A DNA stretch of 64,000 nucleotides from an uncultured Planctomycetia bacterium (GCA_964629655.1 CAZVQU010000001.1:20788-84787), one strand, 5' to 3'. Positions 1 through 10,948 are shown, numbered from the stretch's first letter. The notes: generated by a model not told the origin, from the letters alone. Made by a program: numbers and translations.

Positions 1-851
1 GGCAACCCTTCCCACAAAGAACTGATAACCAAAACAGATATCTGTGAAAAAATATCGGACAGATTACCAACCCAGCCGTCTAAAGTAACATACCTTGTTA
101 ATTTACGCTTGGTTATCTCTCGACTAACAGTTCTGCGCAAAGGACCGTCCCCTACGATGGAAAACTTTATATCCGTTCGTTTATTTGAAATCAGGCTTGT
201 CGCCTCCAAAAAATAAATTAAACCTTTCTGGAGCTTTAAACAAGACACGTTGGCTATTAAATTACCGGCAGGACGATTAAATCTTCTTTTAGAAAAAATA
301 ACATCAGCCCATGCCATATCTATTCCGTAGTGTATTATAGCAAATTTATCAGGTAAGGCTACTTTATTCTTAACTCCTCTATTTAAATCTGCATGAGAAA
401 CAACAATTATTTTTTTTGTAATCTTTGCCGTCAGTTTCTCCAAAAATAAATATATTAGGTACAATAAAGGATTTAGAAATCGGTGGAAAGGCCAGCCGTG
501 AACCGTATAGACTATATTCTTAACGCCGCAAAAATAAGCTGCCCACCTCCCTAAAAAAGAGGCTTTGGGTGAATGAGTATGGACAATATCGAATTTATTA
601 CCTTTAATATAATCTACTAACCTAATAAAGGCAATAACATCACAAAGAGGGTTTATGTTACGCACCAATTCCGGAATCAATTTTATATTCAGAAAAGAAA
701 GATCATTAAAATCTTTCTTGAGGTAACCGTAATCCCCGACACAGATGGATACCGAGTATTCCTCAGGATTAAGTTTCTTTATCAAAGAAAGCAACTGCTT
801 CTGGGCTCCTCCTAATTCCAAATGAGTGATTATGCAAAGAACCTTCTTCAT
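1..851 (-). CDS. Glycosyltransferase family 4 (GT-B), 3' end runs off the window
   Basis: Read manually, not in ORF track. ATG at 851 overlaps the upstream TAA (TAATG). MKKVLCIITHLELGGAQKQ..DIVHTHSPKA..YTVHGW..VGDGPLR..SSLWEGLP are GT4 motifs. Confidence 0.9.
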   Translation of the reverse strand, partial: MKKVLCIITHLELGGAQKQLLSLIKKLNPEEYSVSICVGDYGYLKKDFNDLSFLNIKLIPELVRNINPLCDVIAFIRLVDYIKGNKFDIVHTHSPKASFLGRWAAYFCGVKNIVYTVHGWPFHRFLNPLLYLIYLFLEKLTAKITKKIIVVSHADLNRGVKNKVALPDKFAIIHYGIDMAWADVIFSKRRFNRPAGNLIANVSCLKLQKGLIYFLEATSLISNKRTDIKFSIVGDGPLRRTVSREITKRKLTRYVTLDGWVGNLSDIFSQISVLVISSLWEGL

Positions 852-1966
852 TATCTGGCTATATCGGCAATCTTATCTTTATAAGTCTTAAAGCAGAGGG
901 CGTCTGGAACATAAAGCTTATCTGCGCCGCTGAATCTTTCGCTTCCTAGCCTGGAAAGTGCTTCCAGCACTCCCTCAACCGTCAAATCCTCTCCCAAACC
1001 GAACATCTCGTAAACTTCCCTTAATCCGCCACTCTTAGGATAAAAAGTCTTCTTACCAAAAGCAAGCGCTTCGGCTACAGCTATGCCAAAAGGCTCCTCT
1101 CTTAAAAAAGGAAATACACAAATATCACTCATAGACAGTATTCTGTCGATGTCGTCACGATAACCCAGGAAAAAAACATTATTAAGCCTGTTTTCCTTGA
1201 TAACCCTTTCCATCTTTCTCTTATACAAAATGCTTTTAGGGCTTAAGCAAGATATGTCTCCGACGATAATCAAAAATAAATCAGGATAAATTTTCAGTAT
1301 GTCTTTGATTTTCTCTATAAACTCATACTGACCTTTTAAGGGATGGATACGGGATATAATCGTAATTATCTTTGCCGAAGGCGACAACTTAAATTCTTTT
1401 CTCACCGACTGACAGTTATATATTTTAAAATTTTTAGTATCTAGAGGTTCATAAATTATATTTGATTTACCTTTCAAATAAAGTTTGTCAGCTATTGCCT
1501 CGGACTGGCAAATGACAGTTGCTGAAAAAAACTTAACAAAAATACCGCAAATCTTATTCAGAATGCCTGACCGAAAAAATTCCCGCACATACCAAATATG
1601 TTTTTTGTTGGTAATTCTTGCCACAGCTCCCGGAAAAGACAAGAGCAAACTATTGGTACAAATTATGTCTATTTTTTTAAAAATAACATAGAAACTAAAA
1701 TAAATAACGTTCACGATAGATAGCAGCGCTGTTTTAATCCAATAAACAGGCGACCAATAGGCAGCCAAAACCGGTAAAGGGAATATTTTTATATCTATAT
1801 CTCGGTTAATGACTTTAAGTTTTTCCTTTAAAAGTCCGGCATTGGGTAAAACAACGGTAATCTCGTAATTGCCACCCAAGGCCTTGATGAAATTGAGTAA
1901 GCCTCTTTCGGCACCATACACGAAAGACGTCCCGTTAAAAATAATGATTTTTTTCATTAGCCTCAT
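851..1966 (-). CDS. Glycosyltransferase family 4
   Basis: YGAERGL N-terminus, SRIHPLKGQ, EPFGIAVAEALAFG (ExF..E motif). True start may be MKK at 1957. Confidence 0.9.
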   Translation of the reverse strand: MRLMKKIIIFNGTSFVYGAERGLLNFIKALGGNYEITVVLPNAGLLKEKLKVINRDIDIKIFPLPVLAAYWSPVYWIKTALLSIVNVIYFSFYVIFKKIDIICTNSLLLSFPGAVARITNKKHIWYVREFFRSGILNKICGIFVKFFSATVICQSEAIADKLYLKGKSNIIYEPLDTKNFKIYNCQSVRKEFKLSPSAKIITIISRIHPLKGQYEFIEKIKDILKIYPDLFLIIVGDISCLSPKSILYKRKMERVIKENRLNNVFFLGYRDDIDRILSMSDICVFPFLREEPFGIAVAEALAFGKKTFYPKSGGLREVYEMFGLGEDLTVEGVLEALSRLGSERFSGADKLYVPDALCFKTYKDKIADIAR

Positions 1967-3629
1967 CTTTCTGATTGCCTATGCCTAAGTAAGGATATTT
2001 CGTAAATAAAATCAAAATCCCGCCCTCGAAATATTTACGCCTACTTTCCTTGAAACCAACCCCCACTAGTCCATCAATGACTCCCTGACCGACTTGAGAA
2101 TAAATTAACCACAATCGCCTATTTTTTTCTAAATCTTTAATACCTTTAAACTCTGTGGGCAAAAAGGTAGATGGGTATAATCTTTCGTAGTCAAGTGTAT
2201 ACAAAGTCGAATCTTCGGCGGTAAAAATAACTGTGCCTCGATTAATCTCCTTAATCAAATCGGGATTATCGCTTACCTGATTTATGTAGAATTTTAAAGG
2301 AAATACTGTATGCTTACCTACATGCAAGATTCTATCGTTCTGGCGATAACCATCCGAAATAGCTTTAACGGTCTCTTTCACATTTTGCTTCTTCACTACT
2401 CCGATCCTGCTGTTATCTTCGGGCAAATGATTCAAATAATAATTTTTCAAGCCAAAACAATAAAAGCCTACTAAGATAAACATAAAAATAAACAAAAGTT
2501 TCTTGCTTAATCTTCCCAAGCCTGCCGCAATACCTAATAAGTATAATGGGAATATAGAAAAAAGGTATCTGTCTACATAAGAAGGCTGAATCTGCGATAT
2601 AAGAAATAGACTCATGATCGGAACGAACAGACAAGTCAAAAGCAATCTTCCGCCCATCCTTTTATAAAATTTAGAAACGCCAAGTGAAAACAGGAGAAAA
2701 CTAACGGCAGAAATCACCCTTCCTCCAAATGAGTAATAACTTATATTATAACCAATACTAAAGTTTTTAAATGTGTCCAATAGATGCCCCAAATTTGGTT
2801 TTCCTGCCCAGATAGGAAACTCACTCATTGCAGGATAAATTTTATTGTGGAAAACGAACTGTATATTGGGATAAAGGATTAAGAAGACAGGTGTGAGCAA
2901 AAATATAATGGTTGTATAAGCTAAGATAAACGGTTTTAGAGAACGTTTATAATTTTTTATATTAAAAACGAAGAAAAAACAAAAGGAAAATAATACCAAC
3001 AAACTCATATAGTGAAAATATATGTTTAGAATATTAGAGAAAATATAAATGAACCAATACCTCTTTTTGCCGGTATCTAACGCCTTAAGAAACGAATATA
3101 CAGCAAACATTGTAAGAAAGCATACAGCCGCATACGGCCGTAATTCCTGAGCATAATAGATATGGAAAGGTGAGATAGCTAGTAATAATACGGCCAATCC
3201 GGCAGTTTTAATATTAAAAATATATCTCCCTAACAGATACACACCGTAAATACTTAAGAGAGAGAATATAACTGAAGATATCCTTAAAGCGAACTCCGAT
3301 ACGCCAAATAACATTTTCCAATAATACACAAAGCCATGAGTATAAAGCATTAAATAATCATGATGAGTAAGCAAAAAATTGCCATCGAATAAGTTAGACA
3401 AAGGAAACAGCTGGCCCACACTTCGTGCATCGAGCATAGCGATTGCTTCATCATACCAAAAGCTATATCTACCAAGGTTATAGATCCTAAGAATCACAAC
3501 TGTCACTAAAATTAACCCTAAAATAATTATGTACCTTGAGTTAGAACAATTCTTCATGTCAAAATAATATTTTAATCTTTGTCTTATTGTCATTATAAAG
3601 TTAAAAAGTAATTTTAATTTTGTGTACAA
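1935..3629 (-). CDS. GT-C fold glycosyltransferase (GT39/PMT_2, ArnT-like)
   Basis: SFWYDEA, SEFALRISS, SPFHIYYAQELRPY; many TM helices. Start probably downstream (MKNCSN). Confidence 0.85.
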   Translation of the reverse strand: MYTKLKLLFNFIMTIRQRLKYYFDMKNCSNSRYIIILGLILVTVVILRIYNLGRYSFWYDEAIAMLDARSVGQLFPLSNLFDGNFLLTHHDYLMLYTHGFVYYWKMLFGVSEFALRISSVIFSLLSIYGVYLLGRYIFNIKTAGLAVLLLAISPFHIYYAQELRPYAAVCFLTMFAVYSFLKALDTGKKRYWFIYIFSNILNIYFHYMSLLVLFSFCFFFVFNIKNYKRSLKPFILAYTTIIFLLTPVFLILYPNIQFVFHNKIYPAMSEFPIWAGKPNLGHLLDTFKNFSIGYNISYYSFGGRVISAVSFLLFSLGVSKFYKRMGGRLLLTCLFVPIMSLFLISQIQPSYVDRYLFSIFPLYLLGIAAGLGRLSKKLLFIFMFILVGFYCFGLKNYYLNHLPEDNSRIGVVKKQNVKETVKAISDGYRQNDRILHVGKHTVFPLKFYINQVSDNPDLIKEINRGTVIFTAEDSTLYTLDYERLYPSTFLPTEFKGIKDLEKNRRLWLIYSQVGQGVIDGLVGVGFKESRRKYFEGGILILFTKYPYLGIGNQKDEANEKNHYF

Positions 3630-3703
3630 TCAAACAAGTAAAGCATCTAAGCTCCCACTACGAATCGCCAATATGAAAAGAAAGAAATATCCTAGTCAAA
3701 ATG

Positions 3704-5440
3704 CTAAGAAAGGTTTTGCATCTTGCGTTTCTTCAACCTCACATATATAGTAACTACTAGGAAACATATGAGGATAACCGCACCAATGATAAAGGAACCC
3801 GGTAAATAATAAACCGTAACATCGTGGTCTTTTTTACTGACCGGAATACCTATAAGACCGTCATGATTGATAACTTTTCCAATCGAAGAGCGCCAGCCAG
3901 AAAAATAATTCTGGTTTATTATCAAGATGTCGTCTTGGTACACATTTAAATTGAATTTAAGCTTGTTGGGAGAGAAAAATAATTGCCGGGCTTCTCCAGA
4001 ATTACCTTCTAAAAAGTATTCACCTCTATAGTCTTTGCGTCCTTTCGGAATTACCTTTGTTTGAATTTGGTTGCTGAAAGAATCATACGCATACACAACT
4101 GCCTTATTATTATATATGGTTGCAAACATCTTCTTAGCATCCCCGTCTGTCTGAAAGAATTCCTTCGTTTGATTGCCAAATTTATATTCTATAATTGGTC
4201 TCTCTTTAAATATTTTACCAGCACAATTAAAAGCATTAAAAGAAATTAAAAAAAGTATGACAAAAATTACAAATTTCGATATTTTTTTATGCACGGTTCT
4301 CGCTTCAAGCTCCTTTAGTGTTAACCCTACAGATAATGCATATATCGAAAGTAAAAGTATAAAAAATTTATGTGGCTCCTTAAATTGAGGAAGGAAATAA
4401 CGTAATATTCTAAAGATATTGAAGGGACTGTTGTCTCCTAAAGCCAAAAAAAGAAAAATAACGCTTATTATTACCAATATCTTATTCTTCTTCCATAGCA
4501 AAAAATGGCTCAAAATCAATATTAAAATTGCAATAAGTGAAAAATTGTATCCGAAAATGCCTGCTTTTTCTGATGTAAGAAATAAATACATATTGTCTCC
4601 AGAAAAGAAAAAATATTTTAATACCAGCAGGCCAGACTTAATATTATCGATATTAAAAAATCCTGAAAAAGAAGCTAATTCTATATGACGCGGATATTGA
4701 CTTAACAATTCTATCATCGGTAAGAGCTTTGGAATTGCAAAAAGTATTGCGAGGAAAAATGCGCCTAACAAAGATAAAATGTATCCTGGTTTCTTTTTGG
4801 CAAATGAAAAATAAATTGTTTCTATAGATAAAACCATAAAACTCATAACAAAAAGATATGTACTTCCGGCATAAATGGTCCAGCTTAAAATAATTGCCAA
4901 AAGAAAAAGATTTCCCTTTCGTTCTATGCTCTTTTTAAAAAGTCGGTATATCCAGGGAAATAAACAAATACTTAGAAGTGGAAAGCTGCCCACAAAAGTA
5001 ACTATATTAAAAATATTCAGAAAAAAGACTGAATTTAATAAACTTAATATACGGCTCAGCCGGTAGTACCGTGATAAAAAATACATTCCTGTTAAGCCTG
5101 CAAATACTTGCAAGAAATAAGCACACACGGTTCCTGAAATACTGCCCAAAATCAAAATCGGCAGAAAGAAAGGACTTAAAAAATTGGAATTAGGGTGGGC
5201 TAGCCAGGGTTCTCCGCCGCAGACATACGGATTCCAAAGAGGAAACTGCTGATACTCTAGGATAGTCTTTCTCTGTAACTCATGGTAGGTAAAATACTTA
5301 TCCCAGTCACATCTGTCGACTGGCTGAAATCCAGAGAAAACAACTATCCACCAAAGCAGAACAATAGCAAAAATAAGAAAAATAAAAAATAGATCTTTTT
5401 TAGAAAAAATTGTTGTAGCCCTCATATGTCGCATTGTCAT
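3704..5440 (-). CDS. YfhO-like polytopic membrane protein (putative GT-C)
   Basis: PLWNPYVCGGEPWLAHP; C-terminal NQNYFSGW..V.YLPGSF + TM helix typical of YfhO family. Confidence 0.7.
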   Translation of the reverse strand: MTMRHMRATTIFSKKDLFFIFLIFAIVLLWWIVVFSGFQPVDRCDWDKYFTYHELQRKTILEYQQFPLWNPYVCGGEPWLAHPNSNFLSPFFLPILILGSISGTVCAYFLQVFAGLTGMYFLSRYYRLSRILSLLNSVFFLNIFNIVTFVGSFPLLSICLFPWIYRLFKKSIERKGNLFLLAIILSWTIYAGSTYLFVMSFMVLSIETIYFSFAKKKPGYILSLLGAFFLAILFAIPKLLPMIELLSQYPRHIELASFSGFFNIDNIKSGLLVLKYFFFSGDNMYLFLTSEKAGIFGYNFSLIAILILILSHFLLWKKNKILVIISVIFLFLALGDNSPFNIFRILRYFLPQFKEPHKFFILLLSIYALSVGLTLKELEARTVHKKISKFVIFVILFLISFNAFNCAGKIFKERPIIEYKFGNQTKEFFQTDGDAKKMFATIYNNKAVVYAYDSFSNQIQTKVIPKGRKDYRGEYFLEGNSGEARQLFFSPNKLKFNLNVYQDDILIINQNYFSGWRSSIGKVINHDGLIGIPVSKKDHDVTVYYLPGSFIIGAVILICFLVVTIYVRLKKRKMQNLS

Positions 5441-5496
5441 GTTTTCTACAGGCTATACTGGTGCCCACAACTATACTGTTATGTCCGGTAATCTGC

Positions 5497-6636
5497 TTAC
5501 CGGGTATCGGACAAAAATTCTTTTTTAAAAACCCTGTACATCTCCTTAGCAACCACTTCATTCCCTTTCTCAAATAAATGGCAGAAATCAAGATAACATC
5601 TGTTAAAAGTATTGTCCAATATGCTTGAAGTATTGAAAAAATTTGTCAACGGCTTTCCTGCTAAGATTCCATTAACAATTGCATATAATCGACCTAATTG
5701 ATCTCCTTTACGTTTTTGATATATTTTAGTTTCTTCATTTGTTAGATTTTTTTTACTAAATAAAACTGGTTGCCAAAAACATATGTATTTAAAGCCATAT
5801 GCAATAGATAGACGATCCAAAAGGTCCTTTGACTTTACATAATATTCAATAATTCCATCCGCAAGCGAATGTAATTCTCTATTGCTATATCTTTGCCGCC
5901 GCGGTAAATAGGTAGATATTTTTTCTTTGCAGATTTTATAAATCATGCTATGTCTCTTAATTAAGTCTGCTAAATCACTCCCAAAGAAGTAAATATCCAT
6001 TAAAATATCGTTTTGCTTTATTCTTTCTAGTTTTCTTCTAATACCATGAAACGTTCCTCCCGGGATTGCAGACTGATAAGCTCCGTCAACATCGTTGGCG
6101 CCGTCATAAAAAATTACATAGTCTGGCCTATGCCCTTCTCTTAAAAGAATTATCAGATTAATAACCTCTCGTGTAAATGTATGTCCACCCTCTCCATAAT
6201 TGTAAACCAGATAATTATATTCATTATTATTGAGTAGTTTAGAAAAGTAAGACGGTATTGTGTAATCATCTCCTGCTCCTTCACCCCACAAAGACGAGCC
6301 ACCAAATATATATATTGTTTCAGCAAATCTCTTAGGGGCACCGGCTGGAAGCCAGGTTTTTCTAATTCCTTGAGAATTAATATTTACATATTTACCAACC
6401 TGCTCTTCTCTGCGCCAGCTCAGGTACTGGAGGGTATCCAATAGATTCCAGTCTATACCCGTAGATCCTTTACGATCTTCTTTTGATAGACTGGTCATAT
6501 ATTCGCTGTATTTACTTTTTTCTTTTTTTTGGACGCCTGAAATTACAAAATGTGCTATATGCAAGCAAGCCTCTACGGTAACAATAACAAGCACCGCAAC
6601 AATAAAACCAAAAAGTAGTCGTTTTCTTTTTTTCAC
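5497..6636 (-). CDS. SGNH/GDSL hydrolase-family protein, membrane anchored
   Basis: N-terminal TM; FGGSSLWG, YDGAND, DFCH(L) catalytic blocks. Confidence 0.85.
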   Translation of the reverse strand: MKKRKRLLFGFIVAVLVIVTVEACLHIAHFVISGVQKKEKSKYSEYMTSLSKEDRKGSTGIDWNLLDTLQYLSWRREEQVGKYVNINSQGIRKTWLPAGAPKRFAETIYIFGGSSLWGEGAGDDYTIPSYFSKLLNNNEYNYLVYNYGEGGHTFTREVINLIILLREGHRPDYVIFYDGANDVDGAYQSAIPGGTFHGIRRKLERIKQNDILMDIYFFGSDLADLIKRHSMIYKICKEKISTYLPRRQRYSNRELHSLADGIIEYYVKSKDLLDRLSIAYGFKYICFWQPVLFSKKNLTNEETKIYQKRKGDQLGRLYAIVNGILAGKPLTNFFNTSSILDNTFNRCYLDFCHLFEKGNEVVAKEMYRVFKKEFLSDTR

Positions 6637-6688
6637 CGGATAAATTTATTAAGATTGTTTTTTGTAGTTAGCCATCCTGGCTACATTT

Positions 6689-7990
6689 TCAACAATCAAT
6701 TAGCAATAAATTGCTCAATCGATTACATATTTTATTAAAAATTACCTGCCTGTGGATATAATTTTGAATTTTAATTAAAAGCTTGGCTAAGGCCGGGTGC
6801 CTTCTGGATTTATTATGTAAGAATATAGCCATTTTGAATAGAAAACTTCTTTTCTTTTTTCTGCTAACGCTAAAGTAATAATCAAAATCATTTTTAAGCT
6901 TTTGTTGGTCGTTATGCGGCATGGGGACCTTTATTATTAACTTATAGTCTGGTTTCAAATATACATTTTCTATAATATTGGGTAACTTTTTTAGGAAATT
7001 CTTTTCGTTCGGTCTTATTTCTCTGTTAACTAATAAATGGACTTGCATGTTAGGTAGCTCCTTGGTCTTTTCTAAAAGAGTCATCAAAATAGAAATGGGA
7101 ATATTAATTTTAGCCGCTCCTTTCAGATGATATATGGGAAGGAAGATGCGAACTTTGCGAAAACTTTTCGATAAGTCGTAATATGCTGAGAAGTCGTCAT
7201 AAAAATTGAAAAATTGGTAAGATAAATTTAGATCATAATAGTGACTGAAGACCTTCTTTAGATTGCCGCTACTGTAAATATTTATGAAGTCAGAAACAAT
7301 AAAAATATTCCTAAATTTATTTTTGCTATATGCCTTAAGGTCGCTAATTAATTTTTCTGGGCTTCGGGAAATTAGCCCTCTTTTACATAGCGCTTCCTGC
7401 AATTTTGTATTGCCATAGCATCCACTACAATTATTATAACATCCTTTTATGGCCTGAACAAATAAATAACTAAAATTATCACACTTTTGACTTTCTTTTA
7501 AGGAAGGGAACCAATCCAAATTTACATAATTACACTTATCAAAGTCATTTTGGTCTAACTTATAGGTGAAAGGTGTAGAGAAATCTCTTGCTACGATATT
7601 TGGTATTTTTTTACAGTCTAGTCCATTAAGCAAACTACTTACCAGCACTGGAAATGAACGATCTGCATCTCCTTTAATAATATAATCACAATTAAATCTT
7701 TTTATTAATATATCTGCGAATATTGTTGCAACATATCCACCAAGAACAATTTTTGCTTCTGGATTTATCCTTTTGTATTTTTTACATAAATTATACACCT
7801 GATAAAGAGAATAGAACCAATGTAAGTCCATTGCAATGATTTTCGTATTCTCTATGTCTTTTTTCTTAACTTCAAAATAAAACATCCCCTTCTTCTTACA
7901 ATTTAGGCTATTGATTAGAGAAATGCTACCTGTTGGGACAGTTAAATGACTAGGTATTCCTGTGAAAGGGTGGCTATAAAGTACATCCAT
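6689..7990 (-). CDS. B12-binding domain radical SAM protein (divergent)
   Basis: MDLHW..KIVLGGYVAT..KGDAD cobalamin-binding region; GCYNNCSGC; shortened, divergent TIM barrel. Confidence 0.75.
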   Translation of the reverse strand: MDVLYSHPFTGIPSHLTVPTGSISLINSLNCKKKGMFYFEVKKKDIENTKIIAMDLHWFYSLYQVYNLCKKYKRINPEAKIVLGGYVATIFADILIKRFNCDYIIKGDADRSFPVLVSSLLNGLDCKKIPNIVARDFSTPFTYKLDQNDFDKCNYVNLDWFPSLKESQKCDNFSYLFVQAIKGCYNNCSGCYGNTKLQEALCKRGLISRSPEKLISDLKAYSKNKFRNIFIVSDFINIYSSGNLKKVFSHYYDLNLSYQFFNFYDDFSAYYDLSKSFRKVRIFLPIYHLKGAAKINIPISILMTLLEKTKELPNMQVHLLVNREIRPNEKNFLKKLPNIIENVYLKPDYKLIIKVPMPHNDQQKLKNDFDYYFSVSRKKKRSFLFKMAIFLHNKSRRHPALAKLLIKIQNYIHRQVIFNKICNRLSNLLLIDC

Positions 7991-8029
7991 AAGTCTTAAT
8001 AATTCGATATCTTTTGTGGACCAAGGCTA

Positions 8030-8761
8030 TCAGAATTCAGCAAAGTCTCCGATGTTTTTTCCTTCAATCATCCCACCTGTAAGTTCTATCTCTGTATAAA
8101 TTTTGCTGACTGCTCCGCCGTATTCTGTAATCTCCTCGTTTTCCTTAACTTTACCTACACCTTGGGCAAGCCAAGTTGTTGTTATCACAACCATTGAAGA
8201 TCCCTTAATCTTGAGGAAAGAAAATATTACTAAACAATCTTCAAACCTTCCAGCAGGAACAGTTACGTCTTCAAACCCTTGAAATTTAATTTCGGCTGTA
8301 GCCATTCCTCTATCGACTATATTACCATCAGTATCGTAAACTACGAATGCTCTTGAGTCTTTAAATCCTTGATTCAATTGCAAATTATCAGGAAAAGCTA
8401 TTGCCGGCTGGGAGAATACGATATCCCCACCGTCTTTCGCAACTTTATGTAAGTAAATCCCCTCTTCTCCCAAGCTGTAATAGAAAATGGGGTTTCTGTC
8501 CCTGTCTCGTGTTTTGTCCATTTCTCTCTCAAGAAGATACACTTCCTTACCGTTAAGCAAATCCTTAGTTCGAATGACACTATGTATAATATGTCCAGAA
8601 GGCTTGCCCCGTCCTGTCTCAGATAGTGTATACCTCCATTCATTGCCGATTCCTATAGGAAAGTATTTTGATATTTCATAAGAATCCTCTGCTTTTAACA
8701 GCGGTTGAATTAGACAAATGGAAATACAAACTGCAAGAATGCTTAAAGCTATTTTTTTCAT
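8030..8761 (-). CDS. Secreted beta-rich protein (DUF3108-like)
   Basis: Signal peptide; YFPIGIGNEWRY, EDVTVPAGRFEDCL, WLAQGVGKVK. Confidence 0.7.
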   Translation of the reverse strand: MKKIALSILAVCISICLIQPLLKAEDSYEISKYFPIGIGNEWRYTLSETGRGKPSGHIIHSVIRTKDLLNGKEVYLLEREMDKTRDRDRNPIFYYSLGEEGIYLHKVAKDGGDIVFSQPAIAFPDNLQLNQGFKDSRAFVVYDTDGNIVDRGMATAEIKFQGFEDVTVPAGRFEDCLVIFSFLKIKGSSMVVITTTWLAQGVGKVKENEEITEYGGAVSKIYTEIELTGGMIEGKNIGDFAEF

Positions 8762-8780
8762 CGTCTACCTCCTCGTTTTT

Positions 8781-9257
8781 TCATGCTTGCGCACTTTTCT
8801 TCTTCTGTAATTCATCTATTCCCAACATCCAGGCAAGAAAAAGCATAGTCAGCCCCAAATTCAATACGAAGATGAATGGCGCAGACGTATTGTATTTACT
8901 TATATGTGCCCCTTCCAGCGCTCCAAGCTGAGACAACCGCGGATCACGGGGATTATAAAGAACTAAGGCTCTCTTACCCTCATTTAGCCGGCGGAAATCA
9001 GCATGGCCTAGCTTCTCCTGGATTGTATATTTTTGCCCTCGGGCATCTTTAAATTCATACCGAATGTATCGAGATGTAAAAATAGTGTTCTTCTCTGAAT
9101 CATCAATATCTTTCTCTAAAATTGTTGCAATAGCAATCTTGCTATTCCTTTCGAATTTGCGGTACTCTTTTACATCTTTGTAGTAAGAGAATATTGGCTT
9201 AGCTGCTATAATGATAAAGACTAAACCAACGGCCTGTATGGTAATAAATACCTTCAT
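8781..9257 (-). CDS. DUF3592-like membrane protein
   Basis: TM-soluble-TM layout; YIRYEF..G..Y, VLYNPRDP. Confidence 0.7.
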   Translation of the reverse strand: MKVFITIQAVGLVFIIIAAKPIFSYYKDVKEYRKFERNSKIAIATILEKDIDDSEKNTIFTSRYIRYEFKDARGQKYTIQEKLGHADFRRLNEGKRALVLYNPRDPRLSQLGALEGAHISKYNTSAPFIFVLNLGLTMLFLAWMLGIDELQKKKSAQA

Positions 9258-10930
9258 TGTCCACCTTGGCTAAATAAAAAAACATCAATTTTATTACCCT
9301 GCCAAGTAGACTCTAATTTTAAATTATCCTGTAAAAAATCTCTATACCTATGTAGCGATTCGATATTCAGATGAGGAACGCCAAAATAATCTTCCCAGGG
9401 AATAATTATCCAGAGCCTATTGCGGAATAATTTCCCTTGCGCCACATCCGTAGGCGATACTGCGTCAAAGTACCGTTCTGAATCAAAAATCCCTTTCGCA
9501 TTTACAGTTACAGGGTCATCTATTAACTCGGCTGGAAAGCCGACAAAGTCATTTTCCCTGAAATCTTTCTTGATATAGCGTAAAGCCTCCTTGTAAGCAG
9601 GATTTGTACGACTGAAAGTCATCTCATTTGTAAGATAAATATTCCATATTAATATTAGGAAAAAACAAGTATAACCTATTATTTTCCCAAATAAACTCCG
9701 CGATCTACTTAATAAAAATATGCCATAGCTATACACCATAGCAATAAAAGGAATTGCCCATGTAAAATGCCTGACATTAAAATACAACCTAGATGTTGCA
9801 TACCAAAAACACAGAAAGGAATGTATGCCGAATAACAAAGCTGAAAATAATATACTTACTACGAAGATGTAAAAGGGCGGCTCTCGATCTCGTAATTTAA
9901 GAATAATATAGGAATACAGAAGAACGAACAGATAACCAAATAGACCTGTTAAAGGTAACCCCCAGACCAATTTTATAATCCGGTCAATAATTAAAGGCCC
10001 ACTTTCTTGGCTCAGATAGAAACTATTGCCCCAGACGCCCTGAAATATGAACCCGCTAAAGATTGCCGAATACATAACAGGGCTCCATAGGATAATAAAA
10101 AAATTAAAAATAACTAGAGCTTTTATAAAATGTGAGAATGAAGACAGAAAAGAATGACCTGTACGGTATTTTCCCCACTTAGCTATAAAAATCGTCAACA
10201 ATTGCGAAAAAATAACTACAAGAGTAAAATAGTGAGTAAAAAAGCACAGTATGCTAACCAGACAATATTTCCATATCTTTTTTTCCTCCTGAGAAATAAA
10301 TGTCTGCCAAAAGTAATAGTAGCTTAATAATGCCAAAAAACAAAATAACGCATACGGTTCTGTTCTTCTGGAATAAAATGCAAAAAGGCTATGGACGTTG
10401 AGAAAGATAAAGCTTAGATAGGATATTAATTTATTATTAAATACTTTGAGAGAAAAATGGAAGGTTAAACAAGCGGTGCAAATACCAAAAAAGACAGAGA
10501 TGAACCTTAAAAAGAAATTATAATATTCGGGATTTAGCAGCCTCATCGGGATATTTAATATAAAGAGATATAAGGGTTGGCGGGATTGCACAACCATATT
10601 GTCAAGCAACGAGAAAATATTTACCTGGAGTTCTTGCGCGATACGTATATTCAGGGATTCCATAAGGTCAAAACTATTACTCCCTAAATATATTATCTTC
10701 CAAATTATAAATATAGAAGTTAATACAAAAAGCAACCTGATGTCCCTGCGGGACAATTTGTTACTTTGCTGGCTTACTTTGAGTGGGCAGACTTTGCTTT
10801 TTTTAAATTGTTTATTTGCATAAATGAATATTCCTATATTTGAAATGAATAAAAAAACAAGCAAAATCCAATAATTACAATAGTAGCTTAACGCGTTGCG
10901 TAAACCAAAATAATTTTCAATATCGTTCAT
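9254..10930 (-). CDS. GT-C fold glycosyltransferase (GT39/PMT_2-like)
   Basis: SFDLMES, QPLYLF, LRFISVFFG, YSRRTEPY; polytopic. Paralog of 1935..3629. Confidence 0.8.
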   Translation of the reverse strand: MNDIENYFGLRNALSYYCNYWILLVFLFISNIGIFIYANKQFKKSKVCPLKVSQQSNKLSRRDIRLLFVLTSIFIIWKIIYLGSNSFDLMESLNIRIAQELQVNIFSLLDNMVVQSRQPLYLFILNIPMRLLNPEYYNFFLRFISVFFGICTACLTFHFSLKVFNNKLISYLSFIFLNVHSLFAFYSRRTEPYALFCFLALLSYYYFWQTFISQEEKKIWKYCLVSILCFFTHYFTLVVIFSQLLTIFIAKWGKYRTGHSFLSSFSHFIKALVIFNFFIILWSPVMYSAIFSGFIFQGVWGNSFYLSQESGPLIIDRIIKLVWGLPLTGLFGYLFVLLYSYIILKLRDREPPFYIFVVSILFSALLFGIHSFLCFWYATSRLYFNVRHFTWAIPFIAMVYSYGIFLLSRSRSLFGKIIGYTCFFLILIWNIYLTNEMTFSRTNPAYKEALRYIKKDFRENDFVGFPAELIDDPVTVNAKGIFDSERYFDAVSPTDVAQGKLFRNRLWIIIPWEDYFGVPHLNIESLHRYRDFLQDNLKLESTWQGNKIDVFLFSQGGQ

Positions 10931-10948
10931 AGCGATATAAAATTATAA

